Origin: Balanoglossus misakiensis
Lineage: Eukaryota; Animalia; Hemichordata
DNA length: 64,000 bases
Direction: 5' to 3'
NCBI GenBank assembly: GCA_040954595.2
Contig: CM082587.2
Coordinates: forward strand, 402,617 to 466,616
The notes under the pieces are model-generated. The model was not told where the DNA came from, made no database searches, and was given only the letters and a program-made list of their open reading frames with translations. Made by a program: the position numbers and the translations under genes. Shown one piece after another: positions 13,573-27,170 of the stretch. Position 1 is the stretch's first letter; each line of letters starts with the position of its first letter.

Positions 13573-16500
13573 GGTAACGCGATCAGGTCCTGCAGATTGT
13601 CAGGTAGGGTGATTCAGAAAGACGTGTTTGTGCCCTGTTTGAATTGTCCGGTGTGTTCTCATTCAAATGACACACGTGTTACAAATGTCTGTAACAAATA
13701 TAATCACTACGTGTACATACGATGGTTTTAATATTCAATTGGTGTGCGGCAGATTGTATGCAAATATCAACAGATGGCCGATGAAAAATAATAATAAAAG
13801 AGTACGCGTTATACAGTTGTGAGTACGTCGGTTGATTGTCTCTCTTGTCAATCGACGTTTTGAATAAAACGACAATTCAGCGGAGAAACAAAAGTAAGTA
13901 TATAATCACATGTTTGGAGGTTGACTGGGACCGTCATGTATAAAGTGAAACTACATTCTGCTGGTAATTGATAACATGGAACACTTCTAACACATTTGGG
14001 GAGAAAATGAATATGTTGCATTATCATTTCCCAGAAATGGGAAACAGCTGTGGTTTTATCAGTCTCATGCATTGACACGAAAAATGAGGTACACTGATTC
14101 AAAGAAAGCGTCAAAATATCTACCTTGACATATCAGCTGGGGTCGAACGTCATGGCAATAACTATTTTCAGTGTAAATGAATACAGATCAAACACATCTG
14201 TTGAAGATCATGATTCATAGGGCTATATATCTTGTCTAAATTTTAAATATTTCCTGATGCCATTGTAATTGCAAAAAAGACTCCCACACATTGTAGGTCT
14301 ACATGGCTCAGAATTATGAATATGATATAGTCATAAAAAGTTTTACTTGCATGTAGAAGGGTTAGGTTGATGGAATAAAAATTTATTGTAGTGGGTCATG
14401 GACATACAAACAATAAAATTGTTATGTAAATATGCCACTTCTGTCATTGTGGTTATAATCTGCTTTAAAACACTGAATGGCTTTTGTCCAAACACAAAGG
14501 GAGAGTGATACTGATAGCGCCCCCTGTCTGCTGCCATTGGTGTATTTCCAAGGCACGAAAACTAAACGTCAGTCGTAATCAGTCAAACTGAGCACATGCA
14601 CGATTTATTCCTTATTTCATTAATTTCTTCATTTTTAATTTTTTCTTTTCTGTTTACTTTATGATAACCTACGTCTCATGTTGGATTTTTTCGCAATCTC
14701 CGTATTTGGTTATCAGTTTCATTTGTTCCGTCCTTGTTTTAACCAGATCTATTTTTTAATTTATCTTTAAACTTAAATGGATATGATCATAAAGTAACCT
14801 TTAGGTTCATGTCCATCAATTTCAAAATACAAGGAGAAATGATAATTGAATAACCATATTCATAATACAACGACATGTGATACGTGATTAGGCAAGTGAA
14901 AGGTCACCCGTATGCATCTCAGATAATCACATTGGAAACTGACGCACTTTGTGGTATTTGCAAGCTGTGACGACATCGTTTGCGCCGCTAGCGTAAATGT
15001 ACGCAGAAAGATGTACTAGGATCGTAAGGTTCCATAGACAGACACGGTCCTCAGTAACTTCTTAGATTTGTTGTTTCATTTTTGAGATAACGGAAAGATG
15101 TGAGAAGGGATGCGGGAGAGATGTTGCATGGATGGAAATGTTGCCTGTAGCAGGGACACTGGTGTTCATGCTCTATGTCCTTCTCTTTCACGAGATACTC
15201 ACGTACTTCAACGACCGAGCGAACGGACAAGGAAACCAAGCAGTGGACAAAGAACAGGAAAGAATCAATGCCCTCAGGTGAGAAATTCCTGCTCGGCAAG
15301 TAGGCCTACTTGTGTGACAGCTAGTGCACAGGGCAGTAGTGGTCATGCAGGTCTTAACCACTGCCATAGACCCTGGAGCTACTGCAAACATATAAATGCG
15401 AACTCTTTGAACAGCCCATCTTATTCACGTGTCATGGGTTGATTTCATGCAAGTTCTTCCTCTGTATGCACGTGTATGTGTGTGTTTGTGAAAGCGTTCC
15501 TCTGAAAAGACCAAACTTTCACAGCCGGGAACACAGTTGCAATTGCAGTTCAGGTCTTAATTGTTTTCCATGTCATTTTAATCCACCGACCGGGGACAAT
15601 GAAGAATATATTTATTCGTTGAACGGAACAGGCAAACGCCTATTTTCTCAAAGATGAGTCGCGACAATAGAATCTAAAATACAATCTGGTGAGAACGAAG
15701 ACTCCTAGCTAAATCTAGAAATACTGAAGCAGCTTGTCGTTACAGAAACTAATGAATTGCGTACATGACACTTAACATATGCGCATTAATATTTTTCGGA
15801 TGTTGTGTCAATTTCAGGGAAGTAGGGTATCACCTTGGTAACGTTCTGCGTTAGATAAAATTCAATAAGATGATTAATAAAGCCTCGGACACAAAGCACC
15901 GCACTCAAACTTATCTCTGATCTGATTCTATTCCGCTCAAGTACATACATGTACTTTTCTTAAATGCCATTAATCAATATTGCTCGTTGAAAAATCAATT
16001 AGATGCAGACCATCATCTTCTTGCACAATAACGAAGAGAGACGCTGTGAATCCCATTGTATAAGCGTCAATTTTACCTGTGCTGATAATTTGTGTATCAG
16101 TCAATAGGAGAGCGTTTTAAACGCTTTTCCACATTTGGGTCATTTACACGTTTTCTATAAACAGTAACACCATGGTCTGAAATTGACTTAGACATACAAA
16201 AAGATGGGCATACATGGTATATTATCACTCTAGAGAAATCGTGAAAGTGAGGTACAATCCTGAAACAGATTTATTTGCGCTATAGAGATAGTTATTTTCA
16301 GCTGTGTGATTGCTCTCCTAGGTGATGACGGCTTAATACACATGGGAGTGACAAGGTTAAAGCCTTCAAGTGTTGACAGACAGTACAACGTAATCTGTGG
16401 CGATTATGGTCTGCATTGTGAGTTAGTCCCTGCTGTGTTAATATGATAGTTAATGACTCGGCTTTGGGGATTATTATTGCCATTGTTAACAAGACGAGTG

Positions 16501-19042
16501 GGGAAACGGAGACATTAAGAGATTTGTCAACCAGGAGGTTGTGGCATCCACCAGACCTTTGAGGGATGCTGCTTCACAAACTGTTGACCAACACATTTCA
16601 TGAATTGGCATTATATACTACTACTACTACTAGTCTAGTAGTTGACAGGATGGGAGATCTTTAAACATAGCGAGTGGAAACATTGTCTAAATCTCGTCCA
16701 GAAGCGATTGCAACCAGAACAAGGTAAACGATAACAAACGGAACAAGGTAATCGATGATGGGGAGTGTCATGTGATATGGGTAACCAGGTGTTGTTGCTG
16801 AATCAATTACATATGGCCAAGGACGTCATTCTGATACCGGAACAAACGTTGAAATCAGATACGGGAAACTGCAAGAGGAAGGAAGGGAGGCAGAAAGGGA
16901 GGGAGGGAAGGATGATTCTGGAAAGGTTAAATAAAATTGAATAAAAATCCTATTGTTTAAGTCTGCTGTTTACGTTATACAACCTACACGTGCCCAGAGT
17001 CTTTGCTTTCTTTTACTTTTAGTGTATCCAGATGTTGCTCTTTACCTGGCATAATAACATTCACTCACAACATTCAAGATAACTTACAGATTGTCAAAAA
17101 GATCTACTCTCTGTGGACAGCAGACAATTATGAAAAACAGACACTGCATAGATATAAGCTTGCTTTTTACATAATAACCATCATTATTATGAAAGCTAGG
17201 TCATGCGTATCGATATTAGCTCGTGTAAAAGATTTGTGCAATTCTATAATCAGTTTCCGGGGGTCTAGAGAGGCTGATAAACCAAGCATGTTGTCTATGC
17301 GGTTACCATGGTAACTGTACAGTGTAACATACACTCAAGGCGAACACAATCAAATAATAGGTAACACTTTTGCTTGCTTGTGTCGCCGTAATACTGGAAA
17401 ATGGTCGATTTTAGTTACAGAAAAAACGAAATTGTACAAACTGGAAATAGGCTTGATGGATCTTAATTTGCCAGGCGTTGAAATGTGTGGTGTTTTAGTT
17501 TAATTGTTCATTCGTTTATTTCCCATATAGCCGCGCTGTCCGCAATATGGACGAATGGAAACAATACAGTGGATAATTCGACGTGACTGTGCAACTGTTA
17601 TGAACAGTGGCTATATGATTCCATACGGTAGACATTTTCAGGTTCATAGATTTTGGGTGGAAACAATAAAAAAACTTGCACCAACATGATACCACTGTTT
17701 GCTTTTCACAATACATATTAATGTTTGAATTAAAACACTCACATGTATTAATGCACTTCCATTACTCCTATCACGTTATTTTGCAGTGTTTATAAAACTG
17801 TCATTTGTGTACAGTACTGGCACTCTCGTATTGACAACTGAGCTCGTGTGAAAATAGATACGATTTGATTTCTTCCTTCATTCCTAGCGGGAATACCGAC
17901 AGCTCTCTTCCATTTAAACATTCTTCAAAACAATTTCTCTGTTGGAAAAGCAATCCGCAATGGTAACTTAAGTCAGTTGCCTTTATCATACTAATACATC
18001 ATATTCATCTGTAAAAAGAATGCCTGAAGCGATAAAGTTCAAATAATGATCTTACTGAAAATAGATCATGTGTGGGAGTTTCAGTACAGTTTGAAGATAC
18101 TCTGTCTATTGTGAAGGTAAACGGGCGCCATCACGTGAGAATTGATTAAATTATTCAACGCAGAGAACTTAATCGCTTTCGATTGCAACAAAGCACGGAT
18201 TCTTGCATATGCATTTGATGAAACATTTCCCGTAAGATTAAAATTTGAACCCCTTCTGAGCAAGCAATCTCCCTTTGTGTTGCTATAGTTGCATTAAAGT
18301 TATCAGTAAAGATTGAAAGTAATGAAATTCACAGGAAAATTTGTCTTATTAAATGAATGACATTATCATAAATACTATTGCTTTCAGGCCGTGTAGAACT
18401 CCGCAGCCTGCAAACAGCCATTACAGAATTGGAAATGGCAAAAGATGGAGCTCACTCGACAATCTTTGGAAGAGGATGAAAAATGCATCGACGAATTTTG
18501 AATTAAGTGGAGGAAAAAGAAACTTTGTTCGACTTGGGAGCACTTCAGATCAGAAACCCTCGGAATGAAGAAAAAGAAAAGAAAACCCAGTGCTTGAAAT
18601 TTGGGAGGTTTAAGCTTTAAGCGGAACGATACGTGTTTTTAAAATCTAGTAGTTCTGTTGAATTAAAGGATTATTTGCACATTTGACAAATTTGTACAAT
18701 TATTACTTTACTATAAATCCAAAGTTTCTGCAAGAAATTTCGTAAATTTGTCTAAGTACCAATTCCATTTACATTGGACAATACAATAAAGAGTTGTACA
18801 GAAGACACTCAAATCTCTTTAAAGTTGATAATGGACCTTGGAAAATACTTCAAGTTACACTGAGGGCGTTCCTGCGAACAATTCTAGTGTATTCCGATAG
18901 TTGAATTTCTGCAAGCCATTATTCACCAAGATTTGATAACTTGACATGCAGTGTGCTAGTCACTCTGACGTCACCGGGTTAGGAACACAGCTCCCACTGC
19001 CATCAACATCAAAACTGCTGAAAACTTAATGAAACCAACGCT

Positions 19043-20714
19043 ATGAAGTTCCTGATAATTCTTTGTGTGGCCGTCTATCAGACCCTGGCTTACCAATGTT
19101 GCTACCCGCCGCAATTGGAGGGCAAGATGGGTGAATTGGGCGTTTACTACCAAAGCAATGGAGAAGGTGGAATTGTGTCTGGATCGGAGACTATCCACTT
19201 CGACCTCTACGCCAACAAGATTGTCACCACAGATTACAATGTACGCATAATCAACGACTTTAACTCGGTAAGAAACGAAATTGTTACTATTTTAATCCTA
19301 AATAAAGATCCCTTCTCTCAATTCAAATGTCTGATATCTGGTTACCATGCATTTGTGTGTGACATATTTTAACGGTATGTTCAATTTCGTAGCATACAGA
19401 CTTATTTCTGTTCCCCCACCATACATCATTTATTTTCATCTAACACTATCTTATCGACGTCAAAGTCTGTGGATTGAGTGCAGATAAGTTGATGTGTCAC
19501 TGAGGCAGGTGTCTGTATCCCACCGTATATTTTGGATTAAGGTAGTCAGCCCTATATGCGCCTCGAAAATCAAAGTCTTCAATTTTCCAGTATTTTGCTC
19601 AAGGCAAATTTGGATCATTCCCTCTTAAATTGAGATTACAATTTGGGCTTATTGTGCAAAATTTTGACATTTGTCATTATACTAGTTATCATTTTAATGG
19701 ACAAACGAATGTCAGTTCTAATATATAGTTTTTTCATTTTCTTCTTCAGAAAACACAGTATGTGATTGTTGATGAGCAGGTCTGCACGGAGTACAATTTA
19801 CCCGCTACTTACAACAATTTTACGTGTATTCCAGGTAAAATTTTAATCACAAAAGCGCAACATACATCCATTTTGGTGATAAACAATTGTATCATGTTTG
19901 TTTAATCATGAGCAGAAATTTATGGTCCTTAAGTGTTATCTATAGTTTTAGATTCAGGCTGCTGTTTCAATTATTTCCATTTTCGGGGAGCAGACGATGC
20001 TACTGATCTTGGCCCTATCGTGCTGGGAATAGATGTACTCTTTGGCAGAACATATGCAGTCCAATCAACGTCTGGTGACAGTGACGTCATGATATTCATC
20101 ACAGTAAACGATGACGATTGCGCTCCCGTTATAGTAGAAGAATTGACTAAGAACTCAGAAAGTAAGTGATTTGAAATGTTGTATAATTAATCATTCACAC
20201 AGCAGATTTAGAGATACTGCAAAATTAAATGTAATATGAACGTGTCATCAGTTCCAGATAATATCATAGTCTGCTATTGCTGACTCTGCTTCATGTGATC
20301 ATCAGTTGTGTAAAGAAACTCTGATGCAAATCTGATATTGTTTAATTCTCTTGCTACAGCCTCAAAACTAATGTGCATAGGGTATTACGACTTATCTACG
20401 ACCTTCCAAGATCCAACTGTGTTTGACATCCCTGAAATATGCAACGGAAGTCAATCTGGTCATATTCAGGTAAAGTGGGCGGAAATAAATCTGCATTGTA
20501 GCGTAGCACGGGTTGTTGTGAAAGTCAAACCCGACTTGTCCCTCACAAGCAAATATGCTGAATCATTAGTTGTGTGACTTCCACTTTTATTTCACTGCCA
20601 TGAAACTGTCAGATCCAAATTTCATCATTTTGCCTCCTTATATTTTCTTCCCAGGAGATGGACAATATCAGTTCCAAAATCATCAAGTGGGTCATGGAAC
20701 ACCGCAACCACTAG
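19043..20714 (+). CDS. Ependymin-related protein (EPDR) copy 1, 5 exons
   Basis: Signal peptide followed by CCYPPQLEG. Exons 19043-19267, 19750-19834, 19994-20161, 20360-20469 and 20655-20714. Ependymin-type motifs TCIP, DDCAPV, DPTVFDIPEIC. Confidence 0.88.
19537..19650. mobile_element. Degenerate fragment of a TTAA-AG/GG-terminated (Kolobok-like) non-autonomous element in EPDR1 intron 1
   Basis: Starts TTAAGGTAGT...ATGCGCCTCGAAA. A related terminus TTAAGGTAGAATGCG occurs at about 38817. No matching right end found. Confidence 0.3.
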
Positions 20715-21701
20715 GCATGCTCTGTATCTTCTGTTGAATTTCAAGACAAATTGACCAGTAAAAGTTTATCTGAATCGAAATACTGATCATTGTCTAATGA
20801 CTCTGAGTTTGCATGTGTGTGTGTGAAAGTTTTATGATTACAGATGCACAGAACCAAGATGTTCCACCACATGAGTGCGACTACAAGGAGTACACCCTAG
20901 TGTGCCTGCCATGTAGATCACCCAAACACAAACACACATACATACCGGTACACATGGCTATTTTACATCCCACACTGTAACAGACATGTGGGAAATTTGC
21001 CATTTATACTGGTCCTTTTACTTGATACTAATCTGATTAATAGTGACTGAGACAAATTGTATACGACAGTTGACATACTTTTTTCATCGGCACATGACAC
21101 CTGTCAAATAAGACTATTCGTCCAATCAAGAAACTATGTCAACCAATAGCATTGGCCACCTACCCCCTTGTTGCACTTTGGAGCAAATATCGACCGAGAT
21201 AACACCGGACATCGTCTCAAAAAAAGTTTGACGCACAACACATAAATAACGCACAGACACGTACTTTTAATCACGTTTCAGGTCGTGGAGATAGCTGTTC
21301 AGTACTTATAATAGATCAAGTTAAAAGCTGTGGACATACCCTGGTATACCCGAAACTTTGAGTCTTTTTGGAGTTTACCCATGACTCTGTTGTCACAACA
21401 GTGACAGTGACACGTAATTATATTTTTACAATCTATGAAAGAGGGAAAGAGAGAGAAAGCAAAGGACATGGGGAGAAAGGAGAGGAAGGAGGAAGGTAGG
21501 GAGGCTCAGGCAGACTGCATGATATACTTTATATGTCCTACATTTCTGGTCTTACTCTGTCAAAATGAAGACCATTCATTAACGTCCACTTCTGAAAACT
21601 ATTATCAGTTAAAGTAAACATCGTCAACTTAGAAAAAGACCCCACTTTGTCCTAACATGCACCAGTTCACAACTGAACGCACGTCGAGACTCTGCAACGT
21701 A

Positions 21702-23421
21702 ATGAGGATTTTCATAATTCTCAGCCTAACTGTCTGTACGGCCATCGCCTACAAATGCTGTGTTCCGAAAACATGGGAGGGCGTTATGGGGCAGAGCGGA
21801 GGCTACAAGTTGAGTACAGGAGAGACGGGGCCAATCGCAGATTCTTACCTCGTCCATTATGACCATGACCAAAGTAAGATAGTGACACAGATGTCAGTGT
21901 ATGATGGTCCTCAGAAATCAAATTTAAGAATAATTCAAGACTACGGTGTGGTAAGTAATGTCTACACTCCTTTTGCGTGTGTGACGAGCACTCTGCCAAT
22001 TTATATTTGGTTTGGTTTTTATTTGTCTCAAAACCAACACCATTTCCTCTTTCTAATTTAGAGCAAATGTTTACTTCCGATCAAATAAACCCCTGTTTCC
22101 TTTGAAAGTGTTGCCTGAAGTTTTCACCCGCACGTGTTACCACCTTCAACGCCCCTAAAGACAAGCATTGAGGTGTCTATTTTGCTTTGCCACTAATCTT
22201 TTTCCACGGCCGACAATGGTAATCTTACAGAATGAACAATATGTCATTACGGATGAAGTCAGTTGTTCAAAATCCTACTTGCCAGGAACATACGATGATG
22301 TCACTTGTATTCCAGGTACGTAATTATGATCACCCCCCCCCCCCCTATATTTAAAGGTTTATTGCTGTCGAGTATCATGGAGCGAATGTCGTATTGAAAG
22401 ACTGAAAAAGAATTCATCGCTAATTTGTTCCTTTTCAGTCTTTATCAAATTACGTTCAGGTCATATCTGGTCATTATATTTGTGAGATTCTCAAGAAACT
22501 GCGTAAGACCATTGTTCATTATAATATTAAGAGGGCGTTGATTTCCTTGACTATAAATATTTCAGATATTGCAAACGATTTAGGAGTCATTGTGTTTGGC
22601 ATGGATACATTGTATACAAATGTTTATCAGTTGGAATGGACGTATAACAACAGCACTGATATCAAAGAGTATGTTACCGTGAAGACAGATGATTGCAGCC
22701 CAGTTTCTGCTCAGTACATATCCTCCAGTCCTTCCAGTAAGTATTTAGACCAACTCACATCGACGCCGTTCTTCACAAATCCATAGGTTTCTACAATAGT
22801 GATTTGTCTACTCTTGTTCCTAATATTTAAAAGAGAAAAGTAATAGAATACTAAATGTGTACGCTGTAGGATTAAAGCTCTCAGAACTAGAATTGTAAAA
22901 TGAAATAATACATCAAAAAACAGCATTTATACATTTTCAGTGTCTGGCAAAACTTGATTGTACGCAATATACGACTTCCATGCGCCTGCTTTGATTTTGA
23001 TTTCTGAGACAGTTAAACATATTATAAACTGAAATCGACGAATTTTTTGCAGTCTTTTCAGCTCTTCTACAACCTTTTCTAGTCTTTCCCTTTTCTATTA
23101 ACTTATAGAATCTGAGCTACGAACAATTGGCTTTTACAATCTGACATCGACAATCTCAGATCCGTCTGTGTTTGATGTTCCTGCCATCTGTGATGAGGTT
23201 GTAGCCGCGTCGTTCGAGGCAAGTTGCTGTGTAACTTTAATTTCTGTCTTTTGGTGTCTTTTTTCAAGGTATGCATCCCCCGGGTATATCCCATAAAATA
23301 TGGTGTATGTGTCTGATGATGTATTTTCCAGCCTTTAATCGCACTGGTCCTTGTTTTATTTTAGGAAGTGGCAAAATTGTTACCAGACGTGATGCTGTGG
23401 TTTATGAAAGGACGTATCTAG
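21702..23421 (+). CDS. Ependymin-related protein (EPDR) copy 2, 5 exons, last intron GC-AG
   Basis: Begins MRIFIILSLTVCTAIAYKCCVPKTWEG. Exons 21702-21950, 22231-22315, 22566-22736, 23109-23218 and 23365-23421. Motifs DDCSPV and DPSVFDVPAIC. Confidence 0.88.
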
Positions 23422-24915
23422 GTGGCACCATATCAAAAACTTGCGGGTTGTAGAAAATCACGTAATAATGACCAGTTGCAGATGACCAGAAATGTTTGAA
23501 AATGATATGAACTGTTAATTAGAAAAAAAGAAGTAAAATTACAGGTTTCTATAAACTGTAGAAAACGTCTTAACTATTTGGTTTGTATATGTATGTAACT
23601 ATGGGCTAGCTGCACGTGAGCAAACTCAACAAGGGTAATCAAGAAGTTTTGTTCGTTTGAGTTGGGTCGTTGAATTCTTGGCGATTGCGGTTGCTTGGGG
23701 GCCGGGGTGGGGTGGGGGGGATGGGTAAATAGACGAATGTGTTAAGCAAAATCAAGTGCTGACGATGAGGGCGCTGCCCAACACTCAACAGTCGCGTCGA
23801 TCCGCTTCCAAAATCCAACGATGAGTTTCCTCTATCAATGAGAATAACTATCAAAATTCGCTTGTCGAGAACGCTCCGAGTGCATCCAGCCGTGAAGTGA
23901 AGCTGGCGACAAAGCGTTGATCAGTTCCGTGAATAACAAATCAACCATAGGGTCGAGTGTTCCTGCTCGTAATGTGATTCGTCCAAAGTTTTAGACTATG
24001 GGGGGTGAGCCAGCTATGCGGCTCGCTGCATTCCCCACGCCGAAGTTCGAAGAAACTTGACTGGCTGTAACTTTATCAAATCAATCCGATTTTTACATGA
24101 CTTGAGTTAATGGAATCGTACTTACATCAGCTGACAGTTCGTGAAGCATCAGCGTTGAAAAACCTGTGCGTGACGGTGTATCCGAAGTCGTTGGATAGCG
24201 ATCGGTGTCTCAGCAATCAGCGTGACGCTAACTGGATTCGCCTCGGTATCTCATGAAGACCAGTTCGAATAATGTTAGTTAACACCCGGCTCTCCTCGAT
24301 TCCCATTTAAGATGCAATTTCGTCGCACAATTATGCCGGTGGTTCGGAATTTTGTGGCTATTCTCCCATCAATAAATCGGACAACGGGCGCGGCCATATT
24401 AAAAAGTTCCCTTTCACTATTTGTTGCTCGCCATATACACCCGCCAAACTTTTGGCGAAAATACATGCGGGATTTTCTAGACTTTAACCTTTCCAGTAGC
24501 AAATATTCAATCGATAACAATAAAGAGCTTTCATACAGAAACATCGCAACCTGAAATATAATACATCATAAAGAAATACAGTCAACACCCTCGAACTACT
24601 TCAATTGCGTAATCACAATAAAGAGATAAAGTCGGTAATTAGAATTGTATCAAATATACGATGAGTGTACGTGGGGTCATTCCACTGCGCATGCCCATTT
24701 AGATGACAGCAATTTCCTATCAGTACACAATTCTGTCCTGTATCAGTTCTAATATGATCAAATGTGTCCATGTGACATTGGCATTGTGGGTTTTATCATC
24801 TAGTCATTTTCAAGGGCAAAGTGTTTGACAAATTTTAATGGGGAAAATGACCTTTTTTCAAACTGATCATGATGCTTGCATATGAAATAGCCTATCTGTA
24901 TGTATGTAGGCCTAT

Positions 24916-24943
24916 GGATGGATGGATGGATGGATGGATGGAT
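24916..24943. repeat. (GGAT)n microsatellite
   Basis: Direct reading: ggatggatggatggatggatggatggat. Confidence 0.9.
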
Positions 24944-25499
24944 ATCTGTCTGTCAAATATGTTAAATTAATATATAATGATATCTGCAGAATCTTGTGTG
25001 GGCCGATATTCTCTCTCTTTGACAAAGTGGAGACCGTGTTCTTGCAAAGTGACTGCCATACCAACTTTTGCGTGACCTGACGTACTTGCAACAAACGCTA
25101 ACTGTCTTTATGGGTAACAAACCACCTGGACAGCGGTATCTACCGCGATAACACAGGATATCATCACCACGTTTGACTTACCAGGTATAAAATGACTTTC
25201 CTACAGCGCTTTTCAAGACAGCAAGACCTGATATGCACAGTGAACCTCCAACCCTTCATCCTTGTTGTAAATCTGAAAGCACAGCCAAAATCAAAGTTGA
25301 ACAAAAAGTCCAAGTAAAAACATGCAACAATGTCACGTGTTATTGCAAGGAGCGATTTATCGAAATGGGTCAGGTGGGAAGGTCAAATCCCCCAAAAAAA
25401 CTTTTATCAGTTAAGTCAATATTGCAGTATATACAAAATAAGGCCGCTCCGTTAAAAGCTGTTCAAAACTGAACACGCGACTATAGCAGGCACATAACC

Positions 25500-27170
25500 A
25501 TGAGAGTTCTTCTGATTCTTTGCGTGGCTGTCAGCTCGGCCATTGCCTACAAATGTTGCGTTCCGTTTCTATGGGAGGGTTCTATGGGCCACCTTGGGGG
25601 TTACAGCTTGGACACTGGAGAAACTGCGCTGATTATGGACTCTGGTTACCTTCATTACGACCACGATAGCAGCACAAGGGTTGCACGTATAGCAGTATAC
25701 GATGGACCATTGAAAACGAACTTGCGAATCATTCAGGATTTTGCATTGGTAAGTTCTGTGTGTTTCTGGATGTAGTCGACAATACTTTACTTGGCAATTC
25801 TAGTGTTGCGATTAAATAAAATGACTTGTGACAATGATTGACGAGTACTGTAATTTAGAAAGATTGCGTTTTATCGAATTTTGTGAAGTTCTGGGTTTAA
25901 TTTTTTTTTTCAAGGACAATTTTCCTACTAGAACGAGAAAAATGGCCATGTAATTTTTGTATTCGCTTTCTTATTAACTTCTGTTTTCGCGGCGATTTTG
26001 CAGAATGAGCAATACGTCATCGAAGAGGAACTCAGTTGTTCTAAATCTTATTTGCCGGGCACCTACGATGATGCCACGTGTATTCCAGGTACGTAGTATT
26101 CAAAATCCCAAGAAGGGCACCGTCGTACAGTTCTGTGTTGGATTTGTGGGGTTTTGCTCCACTGTGACTGAGGTAGCTCAGAAAAGCAAAATATGATGAC
26201 GTGTTTTTGTGGGTTTTTTTTACCAGACACAGTCCCTCCACTGGGACTGTGGACCAGATAATTATTATTTTCAGGTTCTTACCATTCTGTTCATTTATTT
26301 ATAATGACAATTTTCAGATGCTGCATTCGATTTAGGAATCATCTCACTGGGTGGTATGACCAAGTTACATACTCGTAATTTTTACCTCGAATTTACGTAC
26401 AATGGCACCAATATCACAGAATATGTCAGCGTTGCGTCTGATGACTGTTCGCCGGTTAGTGTGAACTACGCCGCGTTCAGTTCCTCAAGTAAGTGACGTC
26501 ATCTGTTTCTTAAATATAAATGGCAATGTCTAACAAACTACAAAAAACACTGAACAACTACTCCTGTGAATTATGAATAAATTGCTGTCGAACGTAAAAG
26601 ACGACTTCGCTCGTATCGAAAGAGTCAAACTAGAGGGCGTACTTCATTTTACTTCTCATATTTTTATTTCCATAAATCTAGTGAGCATCACGATCACCTT
26701 AACAACCACTACTGCCTTAACAACCACTGGTGTCTTTTTTTCAACTTAGGATCGGAACTGCGTAGTGTTGGCTTCTTCGATCTGTCATCAACAATCTCAG
26801 ATCCGTCTGTCTTTGATGTCCCTGCTATTTGCAACGAGGTTGTTGCCGTGTCTTTCGAGGCAAGTTTCTCTAAAATATCAAACATCAGCCGAGTATTTTA
26901 TTGATATATCCGTAAATGTGACGCGTATGGAACTTGAAAGAAACGCGATATTTGCTCTGTTCAGTCGGACAATTCAAGGTGTAAGACCCCGAAATAAAAG
27001 TCAATAACTACAACAGGATTACAATTTGTTGTTCATCCTTGCAGTCTACATGAACCAAGTTCTTGTTCTCATCAACTTTTCAGGAAGTGGTGGGAATGTT
27101 ACCAGACGAGATGCAGTGGTTCTTGACACCTCAACTGCAGCTGCGCGAGGCTCAACCGAAGAGACGTTAA
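25500..27170 (+). CDS. Ependymin-related protein (EPDR) copy 3, 5 exons, last intron GC-AG
   Basis: Begins MRVLLILCVAVSSAIAYKCCVPFLWEG. Exons 25500-25748, 26004-26088, 26318-26488, 26750-26859 and 27084-27170. Exons 1-4 have the same lengths as in copy 2. Motif DPSVFDVPAIC. Confidence 0.88.

Noticed and set aside
15051-15442. Overlapping short ORFs, one containing SVRSVVEVREYLVKEKDIE, faintly like a P-element/THAP9 transposase segment
   Set aside because: The expected following motif (QDPLE-like) is absent and there is no longer frame or TIR. Too weak to call.
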